NCBI RefSeq assembly: GCF_963676685.1
Contig: NC_092344.1
Coordinates: forward strand, 119,040,001-119,104,000
Length of the DNA: 64,000 bases
Direction of reading: 5' to 3'
DNA from: Mytilus edulis
Taxonomy: Eukaryota
Part shown: positions 50,738-61,794 of the stretch, piece after piece
Layout: every line of letters starts with the position of its first letter
How positions within the stretch are numbered: the stretch's first letter is position 1
Notes under the pieces: generated by a model
The model's database searches: none
What the model was told of the DNA's origin: nothing
What the model saw: only the letters and a program-made list of their open reading frames with translations
Translations under genes and position numbers: made by a program

Positions 50738-50818
50738 AAACCTCAGAGTAGAAATAATTTCCATTGTATCCACATCAAACTTCAGAAGAGGGAGCATGGA
50801 ATTCTTCATCATAGATTT
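50738..50818 (-). ncRNA. SNORD100: SNORD100-like copy 6
   Basis: All boxes intact; terminal stem AAATCT/AGGTTT keeps pairing through a G-U pair. Confidence 0.8.
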
Positions 50819-51968
50819 TGGTGGCTGTTTAACACTTTCCTTACTGATTTTTTGTTTACCGTGACGTTGTGTGACCTGATCAAATTTCAGGACGTTGTTT
50901 ACCAGGCCTGAATTAATTTGACGTGTGACTGAAGAAAAAGTGACGTTTTGTAAAAAACGTTTGTATCTTTGTTGTTTCTCATCAAATCGGGTTCAAACTC
51001 GATAGTTTTACACTTAAGTATGAAAGGATCGTTGCAATACAAACAAATTTACATGACAATACATACTTTTGACATGTTTTAACCTTTAGTTGGAGGAAAA
51101 TGACGTTTTATTTGAGAAATCATTTTTTTTTTGTGACCGGTTTATGTTTATTCCTTCCATCTTCTAAATTAACACTGCAAACGGTAATTAACACCTATCG
51201 AGTGTTCCTTTATCAAAGTTTTATGGAAAAAATAACTCCAGAGTCAAAATTCTAGCTCAATGGTGTGAATAAACACGAATGAAAATGGTATGTCAAATTC
51301 TCCGGCGGCCATTTTTTACCTGTACAGTATGCAATCAGATGACTCTGAACAAGTTGGAGTTGTCTTTCTTGGTCCAATGTTTTCTTTGTATTTTTGCATT
51401 GATTTAGATATAAACTGACTATTGGGATCTTTTGTGGATTTATTAAAATTTTGTGGAGATATCAAATACTATTTTTTCTGGTACAATCATGAATTCTTTT
51501 CCAGATTCATATGTGCTTTTTTAAATGAATGTGCATGCATATATATTTTTTCTGGTTTTGTTTTGTATCATGGAAATATTATTCCAATGTATTCTGATCT
51601 GACACACCAATATACATGTATGAATATTTAACACTTCAATATCTTGATAAACTAAGTGAGACTCTTTAAAAACAATAATGAACTTACTATGATTTATTTA
51701 AATAATTATCTGTGTCAGTTTCTATGAGATGCTAGAATTTCCAGTCTTTGGTTGTGTATTGTTCAATGATGAAAATAATTAAATGTTCTTTAAAATTTGG
51801 AATATTGTTGATCAAAAATTAATAAATGAAACTGTCAACTGTAACAACAATTATAAATTATGAATATCCTTTCAACAAACAATGAAAATCCTCTCAACAA
51901 ATGATGAATATCTTTTCAGCAAATTATGTATTTTCCTTCAACTTCATGTGTAACAAAGTAACTGTCAA

Positions 51969-53729
51969 TTAAGAAGTGTAATTTCTGACTGAGTGGTAGA
52001 CTGTAAAGCAATGTGGCATGCAAAGGTGTTTGCTACATTCTACGCAACCATATTTTGTCTGACGCCTTTTTTCCTGAGTATCATTAGCTACCCTATGCCA
52101 GCATACATGACACCATGTCTTGTTACCCAAATCTGCTGGTAAATGTCTGTGTGTAAGTCTGACTTCTACAGGTAGGTTAGATGGCCTCCCCCTACGGTTG
52201 TCCCTTGTGGTATACCCTGCAATGAGTTGAGTTGCAACTGATTTAGAAAAATCCAAATAGGTCATTGATGTAGTTTGCTGGTGATTTGGTGACATTTGTA
52301 ACAGACGGTAAGCATTAAACTTAATAATTTCCAGCATCTTGAAGAACACTCTCTTTGGCCATTTATTTGTTTTGTGACAGAAGAAATAGTACTGTATGTA
52401 CTGGTCACAACGGTCGACACCGCCCATGTGGCTGGTGTAATCTGCAACCATCTTTGGACATTGGAGTTGCTGCCTTTGGAATTGTCCTTCTTGTTGAACA
52501 ATTCTACTCACTTCCGTCAAGCTGTTGTCATGGATGGTAGATATCACAGAAACATTTTTCTTGTCTTTCCATACTGTAGCTGAAATTGCCCCCTTTTGCC
52601 TAAATTGACTGTCTCCTCTCTGTGTAATACCAACAGGCTTCTTTGTCATTAAATCCTGTGGTAAGCCTCTTCTGTTTTGACGGACTGTTCCACAGGCTCC
52701 AGTGTCAAGATTTTCAAATAAGTTGGTGAACAATTCAGGACTGGAAAAGTAGTTATCCATGTAAACATGGTAACCTTGTCTGGATAAATTGGCACCTTCA
52801 AGACAGGAAATAACGACAGTGCTAGCCAACCCTACATGGGTTCGATCTGTTTTGCCCTGGTAGATTTTACAAAATGACATATACCCAGTGTCAGACTCTG
52901 CCAACGCCCAGAGCTTGATTCCCCATTTTGTTGGTTTTGCAGGCATGTATTGTTTCAAGGCAACCCTTCCCTTGTATGGTATCATACACTCATCTATTGA
53001 TACATTTCTTTTAGGTATATATTGATCCCTCATTTGTTGGTTAAGGGCGTCCATAAAGTATCTGACTTTGTAAGTACTGTCGTAGTTAGGCTCCCCTCTT
53101 TGTGGAACTCGCTGGTGAGGATCAGTAAAGTGTAGATATCTCATAATTTGCATGAACCTGTCACGTGCCAAAACTGTGGGAAAATATGGGGTTTCCAGAC
53201 AATCTTTAGACCAGTAGGATTTTAAATCTGGCTTTACATCAATACCCATTAGGAAAGTTAAACCAATAAAAGCCTTCATCTCGGGCAAGGAGGGACAAGA
53301 CCAAGCTGACTTGTGTAGGTCAGGATTCAAATCTTTTTGCATGTTTGCATAGCCATCACTTTTCTCAATTATCTGTTGTAAAAGGTGGTCAGATAAGAAC
53401 AGTTGGAAAAAGTCAATTATATCCTTCTCTGGGCCTAATATATTTTGTGGACCAGTAGTATTTCTAGGTTGGAACAGATGGGGGAGACCTCTTTCATAAA
53501 TATCAAACTCTTGGTGCCATCCATCATTGTTGGGTGCATCACCGGCATTATTTACGTCAACAAGTTGTGGTTCATCATTATTGTCATCAGACAGTTCACT
53601 TTCGACATCACTTATCAGAAAATCATCACCAATGCCGTTTTGGGCTAATTGCACTTGATATCTTTGGCATGCAAGTTCGATTTCACCCGCCGAAAACCCC
53701 TCAAACTCGTCCTCTGAAGTGTCGGACAT
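51969..53729 (-). CDS. piggyBac transposase (PGBD4-like), 586 aa
   Basis: Acidic N-terminus, SIDECMIPYKGR, YMPAKPTKWGIK, YMDNYFSS, MGGVDRCDQ (DDD triad), C-terminal Cys-rich domain CHVC..CVEC..LC..HCF..YH; no stops. Confidence 0.96.
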   Translation of the reverse strand: MSDTSEDEFEGFSAGEIELACQRYQVQLAQNGIGDDFLISDVESELSDDNNDEPQLVDVNNAGDAPNNDGWHQEFDIYERGLPHLFQPRNTTGPQNILGPEKDIIDFFQLFLSDHLLQQIIEKSDGYANMQKDLNPDLHKSAWSCPSLPEMKAFIGLTFLMGIDVKPDLKSYWSKDCLETPYFPTVLARDRFMQIMRYLHFTDPHQRVPQRGEPNYDSTYKVRYFMDALNQQMRDQYIPKRNVSIDECMIPYKGRVALKQYMPAKPTKWGIKLWALAESDTGYMSFCKIYQGKTDRTHVGLASTVVISCLEGANLSRQGYHVYMDNYFSSPELFTNLFENLDTGACGTVRQNRRGLPQDLMTKKPVGITQRGDSQFRQKGAISATVWKDKKNVSVISTIHDNSLTEVSRIVQQEGQFQRQQLQCPKMVADYTSHMGGVDRCDQYIQYYFFCHKTNKWPKRVFFKMLEIIKFNAYRLLQMSPNHQQTTSMTYLDFSKSVATQLIAGYTTRDNRRGRPSNLPVEVRLTHRHLPADLGNKTWCHVCWHRVANDTQEKRRQTKYGCVECSKHLCMPHCFTVYHSVRNYTS

Positions 53730-54287
53730 TTTTGTATTTTCAAAATGTTACAGACGACATTTTACTATATTTACTACGATTTTGGCGTCCTTGACACCGA
53801 GCAAGTGGGAGAGGAAAGTGATTGGATAGTTTTATTTAGATTTTCCATAAAAGGAGTGCGACCTTTTGCACTCGTGGGAAAATGGAATAGCCGCGCCCAC
53901 GGAAGTCCAATTATTACTTGACTTTTATTCTCCGTGAAGTTTTGAAAAGCATTTTTCGTTATTCTAATCATTATATAAATCAAATTAATAATGAAATTAT
54001 ATTTGACTTTCCTTCCAAATAACATTTTCTTGACCTAAAAGGTCACATGTTCGCATCACATGTCTTGTACAAAATGGCGACGACTTATTTTGTTTGTTGA
54101 CGCTACCGATCTTTCATTGTACTATGGTAAATATTAGGCGTCAAACTCAGTAAGAATACGTATTCCTATACTGTAACATGCAAGCTTGTTGAAAACCTTG
54201 ATATTTATTGGGTTAAACGTAGCTTTACGGGGGAAATGAGTTAAAAAGACGAAAATTATTTTCATCACGTGATTGTAATGCATGAAA

Positions 54288-54369
54288 GCATTGTTCGGCC
54301 TGGCTACGGGGATGACTCAACGCATTGTTCGGCCTGGCTACGGGGATGCCTCAATGCATTGTTCGCCTT
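54288..54369. repeat. 34-bp subterminal tandem repeat of the piggyBac 5' end
   Basis: GCATTGTTCG(G)CCT at 54288, 54322 and 54356. Confidence 0.85.
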
Positions 54370-54701
54370 GAAAGGGTTAAAGATCATATCCACTAGCTAA
54401 CACCACTAAATTTCATTTTATTAACAAGATATATTGACTAGGGTATATGAATAGGGTCAACCTTGAAGTAAAACCCTGGTCACAAAATTTCAATCTTAAT
54501 ATTCGTAAGATCCTGCATCCATGTCTTGCTTACAAAGATCTGACAATACCTTGTTTTAATGTCCTGAAGGTGTATGAAATATTTGCCACTGGACATGTTG
54601 TTGGGACGAACAACTATCAATCAATCATTATAATTTATATATGATATATCCAATGTGAGTCTAATCATAATTCATATAAATAATTTAACATCATGTTTTA
54701 C

Positions 54702-54804
54702 CTTCAATAGATTAATGCCATGTTCTGTACAGAGTGCTTCAACTAACTTAACGTAAGCTGGTTCGTCACAGTTGTTGGCCAAGATGCAAAGATGGGCTTG
54801 ACGT
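54702..54804 (-). CDS. RPS12: RPS12 exon 4: (K)[34 protein letters not shown]
   Basis: catctttcAG acceptor, AAG|GTAAAA donor, 103 nt, phase 2/0. Confidence 0.97.
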
Positions 54805-54825
54805 CTGAAAGATGAATACTAATTT

Positions 54826-54970
54826 TTGTGTTCTGCATTTGATTAAAGAAATACAGTTGATAAAATTAAGCTAACTGTCAAATGCATTACTCTGTGAATA
54901 GTGTTACCTTTACTAATTTAATAAAAATCTGACTTTTGTGATTGTCTAAAACCAGATTTAATCTATCCAT
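54826..54970 (-). ncRNA. Weak candidate box H/ACA RNA in RPS12 intron 3
   Basis: Hairpin TGGATAG/CTATTCA, H box AGAGTA, hairpin TGCATTTGA/TCAAATGCA, then ACA; pockets asymmetric. Confidence 0.25.
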
Positions 54971-54984
54971 GTAAACTTATATGT

Positions 54985-56228
54985 CAGGGCTCACGCTACC
55001 AGGCGACTTGGGCGAAGAAGTCGCCTTCCCGACCGTCACTTCGCTTTCCCCGACCCCCAAAAGCGAAATCAAGTCGCCCTGTTCTTGACGATACTCGCTT
55101 TCAGTCGCTTCCGTCATCGGACATTTTCAATTTTTACCAAATTGATGAAACATCAATTTTTTATTGATAATTAAAGAAATTCAGACATAAACGATTCATT
55201 ATCTTTAGAAAAGAGGTTGAAGCATTGTCTTCGCAGTATGTAGCAGGTTATTTGATAAAAATACAACTTTTTATCACTTCATGCATTTTCGCAAGTTCCG
55301 GTGCTTGTTACTCGAAAACGTACATCAACCTAAATTTCGGCGGCAAAATAAGTTTGTTACTTCATTTAAACGTGATAAAAGTTGCCTCCAGTAAATGTTT
55401 AATCCATTTATTGCATTAAAAACGTCATGTTCCTTTTCAAATAACTTGTCAAACATCGTTTATTTTTGTAAATTTTCTTGCATTCATCCGCCATTGACCG
55501 ATTTCTAAACTACGGATCTGAACGGGACCAGCTATGACCGAAATCCGTACTTTTACAATAATTACTACGGACGCAACAGCTGACAGAAGAATATTGATCC
55601 CAAAGGGAAAAAATACGCATTCCACACACATTAAGAGACTTTTGGTTACATCTAATTGATTGGTGTATATAATTCCCTATATTTTTTATGGATTGTTTCA
55701 AACTATTGATTAAAGTTGCTTAACTCTGAGACTATTATACTAATTTCAATATATTATGGCCCAGCTTAATAACTTTTATATTTTTTTATGAGAAACACTT
55801 TCAATATATTATGGCCCAGCTTAATAACTTTTATATTTTTTTATGAGAAACACTGAATTTCATACACAAGATAATTTTTAATTAAATTGTAATAATGATA
55901 TATTATAATTTCTTTACATTTTTTAAAATATTTTTTTTTTTTAGTGCTAGATATTTAGTTGGAATAAGTTTCTCACAAGAACCTTAGTAAAACTTAAACA
56001 ACTTTTAATTTCAAATGTTACTTAAATTGTATTTTTTTTACTCAGATATGAATTGAACAATATAAAAAGAACATTATTTACATATAGCCCTTTATACTAT
56101 TGTAAAATCCAAATATTGTAGTGCACCGCGCGAATGAGCACTTCTCTTTCAAATTTCACCACTTCTCCCTATCAGTTTCAAAAAGAGAAGTCACTTCTCC
56201 CTATAATTCTGAAGTAGTGTGAGCCCTG
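54985..56228. mobile_element. Non-autonomous DNA transposon with CAGGG ends and a 5-bp TSD (hAT5-like)
   Basis: TIR CAGGGCTCACGCTAC / GTAGTGTGAGCCCTG, TATGT on both flanks, subterminal GTCGC and CACTTCTC repeats. Confidence 0.82.
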
Positions 56229-56391
56229 TATGTTTCTTTCATTTTGCAAATTTTAAAAAGCAATTTTGTTTACTTTTAAAAAGTCTTGAAAAACTTGTTA
56301 TAGTCTCTTGCTATTTAAGGCATTGTAAATCATTGATGCCTTATAAAGAATAATGAATAAAGCTGTATAATTATATATATCCCAAACTAAC

Positions 56392-56520
56392 TTGTCAAGT
56401 GCCTTGGCACACTCATGAAGGCCTCTTGCTAAGCCATCGTGGATTAAAGATGTCTTGAGAACTTCCTGTAGAGCTGTATATATATCCATAACTCCTCCTG
56501 CTGCCATGGGAACATCATCT
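56392..56520 (-). CDS. RPS12: RPS12 exon 3: (G)[42 protein letters not shown](K)
   Basis: gcttttAG acceptor, CAA|GTTAGT donor, 129 nt, phase 2/2; eS12 signature. Confidence 0.97.
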
Positions 56521-56931
56521 CTAAAAGCATAAATTAAACTCTCTGCTGCTTACAAGTTTTCTTAAAATTGCTTGCAATATCATGAAGATGTAATCTGAAT
56601 TTTAATGAGAAAGCAATCTACCAATTGCAAGGAGGGGTGAAAATTGGCAGACCAGTTAGAATAAATTTGTTACCTATATGATACTTTCTTTAAAAATTAT
56701 AGAAATAAACACGATCTTTATGTCTAAATACAATGTACTTGAACATATGAGCATAAATTATCAATTAAATAGCCTGTTTTAGTTTTTTTTTTATATTCAA
56801 CAGAATATTGGACCTTTAAACTACTTCCCAGTATCTCCACAATTGCAACAAATCGTCAAAGAAACTTATTTATCAAGTTTGGTTCACCCAATTTATGAAC
56901 GAAAATATATTGTATAAATGGTATAACATAC

Positions 56932-56951
56932 CCTTCCGTATCCGATGCCAT
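56932..56951 (-). CDS. RPS12: RPS12 exon 2 coding part: MASDTE(G); exon spans 56932-56976; full protein 138 aa
   Basis: aaaaATGg start context, AGG|GTATGT donor phase 2, tttcAG acceptor at 56978-56977. Confidence 0.88.
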
Positions 56952-57040
56952 TTTTGGTTTGGAGACGGACGTCCTTCTGAAATTACATCAAAACAAACAG
57001 ATCATAACTTGCAACAAATCTATAGGTAGGATTGCATTAC

Positions 57041-57091
57041 TGTGTCGTGCCTTCTGAAGATAAGAATTTCACAGCCAGAAAAGTACACGTG
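57041..57091 (-). promoter_or_regulatory. RPS12: RPS12 non-coding exon 1 with 5' TOP/TCT start (CTTTTCT, 57083-57077) and adjacent E-box CACGTG (57086-57091)
   Basis: Pyrimidine start typical of ribosomal protein mRNAs; ACA|GTAATG donor; 64-nt intron 1. Confidence 0.7.
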
Positions 57092-58623
57092 TCCCAGTGA
57101 AAGTAGGGAAATGTAGTTTGTGCAAATAATATCAGGTACAAACCATACTCAAATAGTCTCTTTACAGTAATTTTTTTTTGGAATATTTGCAGGAGTGGAC
57201 ATGCATGTTTTGTTTGTTCTGCTTTTGTTGTTGGGTTTAATAGCTTTTTAGAGCTTCTTTTTAATAGTCCACTTTCGAATTCATCCGCCAACGAAAAAAA
57301 ATCATCAATTATACGCGCCTTTATGACGTCATTTACCAGATAGAGGGGATCTCCTGTATCCCTGAAATATTAACGTTCATCAAGCGTCTTAGTGCAGGAT
57401 AAACAAGAAATTCAGTTTTATTTTGTAAGTACCTTATCACAATTCCCTAATGACAGCAGTGCTGATTTGTCGATTATGAAAATTTAATTAGCTGAATAAT
57501 AATCGTGCAATACAGCATTATAATTTTCCAACCACTAGCTCAACATTAGAACGGAAGCGATGTTCACTAAAACCAGAGTTTTTGACGGATATGCATCAAA
57601 CTCGAAACTTGTCTTTTGTAAAGTACAAGTTCTGATCAAAATTAAGCTTCAAGTTTCACATTTATATGTCAAAGTAAAGTTATAGAAAAATACAACATAT
57701 ATAGGTAAATAACGTTGAAAAATCCTCACTAATGCTCAACTATTAATAACGCTTTTTCTAATACCTGGCAAAAAAAGGTAAGTATAATGTAGATTGTGCT
57801 CATCTTCGTTATATTTTAGCACATACTAACATAGTGCATTTTCCATTTCCCACAAATTATGGGGCACATCTGTTTCTATTTAAAAAACAATGACCTGCAT
57901 ATGGGCTCAGAAACCTTAAAAGGTTCGACTTGTCATGGGTCAGATATGATAGATATGAATTTCAACGTTATCACATTGTATCTCAGCTTTCTTATGAATT
58001 GCAATGTAAAATCCAGCCTTCAAGACTACATGACGAGTGCACCTTTATACGTGAAGTAAATGATGCAAGTTTCTTGTCGCATACACAACATTTTCATAAC
58101 AATTAGAACATTAACTAAATACAGAAACATAGAACTTCATTAACATAAAAAAAGAAAATGCTAATGACTATAAACTTTAAAGGATGGCAACAGATTGAAT
58201 TTGCAAATTACTAACAATGATGTCCTAACGTGTAGATAAAATTCAAAAAGGAAGTCCAAGACAGACTTCCGGAACAGTGAAAAGGGTTGATTAAAAGACA
58301 GATTTTATTTTGTGGGTTTATTTTGCAAGTTTATGTTTGAGGGTTTAATGTTTGAAACCGATGATTCTGATGTTAAAGGTCCCGGGTTCGATTCAGAATC
58401 GGGGCACTAGAAATTTCATTACATCACAATGGTGATTTCAAACTCCCTCACACTCCTCTGGTACCCAGACCGGAGTATAAACAAGAATGGGTACTTCGGG
58501 GGCCTCGGTTGATCAAAAGTTGCCCTCTACTTTGACCTGGAGATCAATCTTCTGATATTTGTCTGTTCTCACTGAGTGCCACAGTGGTTTTCTCATAGTA
58601 CTTTGGCTTCCTCCACCGTATTA

Positions 58624-59725
58624 GGGACCGGTCAATCAGAGGCGGATTTAGGTGGGGGCAGGGGTCCAGCCCCCCCCCCCCTTTTTGGGAAAAAATTTGG
58701 TTGCTTATATAGAGAATCACTCACTAAAGCGTGACTGTAGCGGGGCCCCCTCTTAGGTCAGTCAGTGGGCCCCCACTTATGAAAATTTCTTGATCCGCCT
58801 CTGTCAATATTAATTGGGGGTGGGGGGGGGGGGGGCATTGCAATTCATGATGGCCATCTTAACTGAAAAATCTATGTCCTACCCTCTGAATATACCAAAA
58901 AAAGTTTCTGTCCTATATGAAATATTTACTAAATAAGTATATGTCCTATCTAATCTATGAATAAATCTAACAGACTTTATTTGTCTGGAATTTCAACTCA
59001 TCTCCTCCTTGAAGAAGGCAATAAATATGCCAAAACAGTAGAACTGCTCTCAATTCTAATGGAAGATTCTGACATGAAGAGTAATACTCTACAATAGTTT
59101 ATGAACAATTTGTATTATCTTTTTTTCATATATATTTTTTTCTGTCTTTTTTCCTAATTTTTTAGTCAGAATATTTTATTGTTAAATTGTTTTACTTATT
59201 CTTTAAGATGTATATATTTAATGATTTGCATTTGTTTAATTTGTACCACACCGATGGTAGTATATCATATCACTTATAAAAGCTCCATCAATGTTCTTTT
59301 TTTTTTAATTAATTTTATGTTTTTTTTTTTTTTAGTTTTTTTTTGTTTTATACAAAAAAGTCATGTATGATTTATTTGTTTGTAATTGATATGCCCATAA
59401 GGGCCCTTTAATTAGGAAATAAACATATTTGATATTTGATTTGATATTTTGTACATGTATATTTTTTTCAACCTTAAAATCATTACATGATTGTGTTAAC
59501 ATAATATCAATGTCTAGACTTGAAATTGTATTTCCATTGTTGTTACTTTTTTGTTTTTGTTGTTATTGAATTTGTATAGGCTTTTTTCTACATTCATACA
59601 TATGCCATAAAAGTATTGCTGTCCTATCAGTGGTGAAAACAATAAAAAAATTTAAGTTAAAACAAATGTGTGTACTACTGCATTTTGTACCGGTCCCCCC
59701 CCCCCAATAAATATTGACCGGTCCC
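58624..59725. mobile_element. TIR element with TA flanks, containing a MITE and a LINE 3' fragment
   Basis: TA|GGGACCGGTCAATATT(A)ATTGGGGG ... CCCCCAATAAATATTGACCGGTCCC|TA once the nested MITE is removed. Confidence 0.75.
58637..58803. mobile_element. GC-rich MITE with 5-bp TSD TCAAT
   Basis: CAGAGGCGGAT / ATCCGCCTCTG TIRs. Confidence 0.8.
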
Positions 59726-59843
59726 TAATAACAAACTTCTCGGTGTGAGGCCTAGCTAGAACTCCTCAGTTGTGTTGGGTTGGGGACTGTCCTTGTACAA
59801 AATGTTGTTGTAAATACGTTAGTAACACATCTCCATCAATCAA

Positions 59844-60010
59844 CAGTGGCGGATCCAGGGGGGGGGGGGGTTCCGGGGGTGCGCACCCCCTTTATTTTTG
59901 CCGATCAATGCATTTGTATCGGGACATATGTTTTGCACCCCCCTTTGCCCTGGGTGCCCTGGGTTAGCACCCCCCCCCCCCCTTTTCGAAAATTCCTGCA
60001 TCCGCCCCTG
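59844..60010. mobile_element. GC-rich MITE with 5-bp TSD ATCAA
   Basis: CAGTGGCGGAT / ATCCGCCCCTG TIRs. Confidence 0.8.
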
Positions 60011-61121
60011 ATCAAGATAGGGAGTGTACACGGATTCCACTGAACCTTCGCAGCTCTCGATGGGTTCTTTGAATAACGGAGGCATCGACCATAATTACAT
60101 GCACGTTCATGCATATGGCCGGTATTAAGCACCTCGTACTTGTGGGGTTTGTGTTGCTCACGGTGATCCTTTACTTTTCTACCATTTTATTTGTCAATCG
60201 TGGTTTGTCTTTTTTGTTTTACGAATCAGATAAAATTATTTTTAACCAAATGGTTTACATGGCATAATATTGGGTACGGCATGGGTTGTTGTCTTTTCCC
60301 GTTTCCATTCTTAGTTTTGTACTATAGAATAGAATAGAATAGAATATTTTTATTCACCAAATTAGGGCCCCAGGAGGGCATATAGCATACAGACAATATT
60401 ATTATAAACAATAACATATGCAATACACAAACAATAAAAGATATGTAACAAGTGTTATAAAAATAATAAAATAAAATGATATACCACAGAAAATACACTC
60501 AACAAAATAGTAGTAATGTATTCTTATTCAATGAATACTATGTTGACATTGACTCAAGTGCAGCCGGTAAGTATGTATCACTGGTTATATAGGCAGAAAC
60601 TGTTGTTTAATAAAATCACAACAACTCTGATAAGGAGTTCATTGATGACTATTAGGACCCCGCCTATGTAATATATATATAGCAGTCTCAGTTTCAGTCA
60701 TGTTGAAAGTTTTGTATATCTTTAACTTTCGATAACAGATCAGTGGTCATCAGTGTTGCTGTATATATAATTTCTGCATGCCAATCTGTTTTTGTTCAGT
60801 TCCAAGACACAAACATTGTCCATTTAGAGACAATCCAACCAGTAGGCATCTGATGACATTTTTATGGGAATGAACGGTGCGTAGATCTTAGTTAGTTCTT
60901 GACATTCTGAGCATTTTTTCACCAGTCAGTCAAATTTTCTATTATATTATAATTATAATTTTTAAAACATATAAGACAATCACTTGCAACTAGTTTAATT
61001 TAGCCACGGCATGTACATGCTACTGAGATGGAATTATGAAAGACATTTTAAGCCGGACTATTAAGACAATACCAAATAAAGTGATTTATTTTACTACTGC
61101 ATGTGTGACAGCAAGCGGCCA

Positions 61122-61250
61122 CAGTGGCGGATCCAGAACTTTTCATAAGGGGGTCTGTTGACTGACCTAAGGTGGGGGCGCTCCCGCCATGCTTCAGTGA
61201 TTCCCTATATAATCAACTATTTTTTTCTCACGAAAAAAGGGGGGGCAACG
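61122..61250. mobile_element. Truncated GC-rich MITE, relative of 58637-58803 in the opposite orientation
   Basis: CAGTGGCGGATCCAGAA..TTTTCATAAG..ACTGACCTAAG. Confidence 0.55.
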
Positions 61251-61794
61251 GGATACACGTATGGGCCATTTAGATTTTATTGCAGAAAAATTAAATACGA
61301 ATCCAATTCATCTTTCTCGAACTTTAATGCATTCTCGAGCTAATAGTGCAAACCATTTTTGTTCTCCGGAGTATCGAAATGAGCGTCCTGAATATACAAG
61401 ATGACCATTCACTTCGGGCTGAGATTAAAGAGCTACCATTTGATATTTAAGTGTTGGGTGGGTCCGGAGGTTGGTTGAAATTTGAAAAAAAAACGTCAGG
61501 GTAGGACATGAGTTTTTAGAAAAAAGACAGCAAAAAATGCAGGATAACAATTTATGTAAATAATAGTAAGGATATACCAAAAAAATATAGCAGGACCAAA
61601 TAGATTGAAGGCAGGACAGAGATTACAACTCAGCTAGTCGACTGGAATGCGTTCGCCGTTTGATGTTTTGATTTGGCAATTTAATATATTAACGGAACTT
61701 TTAATGCATTTTTCTTGGCATTCTTTATTAGATTCACGGTATTTAATTGAAGACCGGACCATTTGTGTGTGTCCTCCATCTGATTTTTTTCTCC

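Larger units (their letters stand above)
50833..54376 (-). mobile_element. Apparently full-length autonomous piggyBac transposon in RPS12 intron 4
   Basis: TTAA at 50829-50832 and 54377-54380; termini CACTTTC / CCCTTTC (reverse complement); encloses an intact transposase; left boundary less certain because the TIR is short. Confidence 0.75.
58345..59820 (+). mobile_element. tRNA-derived SINE split by a nested insertion at 58624-59725
   Basis: B box GGTTCGATTC at 58385; Deu/Nin-like cccag..gtataaa..atgggtac and Meta-like ggttttctc..gtact..ggcttcctccacc segments. Confidence 0.5.

Noticed and set aside
47171-50818. Conserved repeats with long spacers next to a nuclease/transposase, suggesting a CRISPR-like or RNA-guided transposon system
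   Set aside because: The repeats are explained as C/D snoRNAs with an rRNA guide. Spacers are about 420-500 bp and mostly homologous to each other, the array lies outside the piggyBac TTAA boundaries, and the transposase has no extra RNA-binding domain
53730-53800. Possible RPS12-piggyBac fusion like CSB-PGBD3
   Set aside because: No pyrimidine-rich acceptor directly upstream of the transposase ATG on the minus strand
52262-54025. Short ORFs overlapping or upstream of the transposase
   Set aside because: Alternative-frame or antisense shadows with no independent support
57324-57331. CRE palindrome TGACGTCA upstream of RPS12
   Set aside because: A single motif within what looks like repeat-derived sequence; no independent support
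58365-58410. tRNA-like B box GGTTCGATTC
   Set aside because: No complete cloverleaf; continues into SINE-type body sequence
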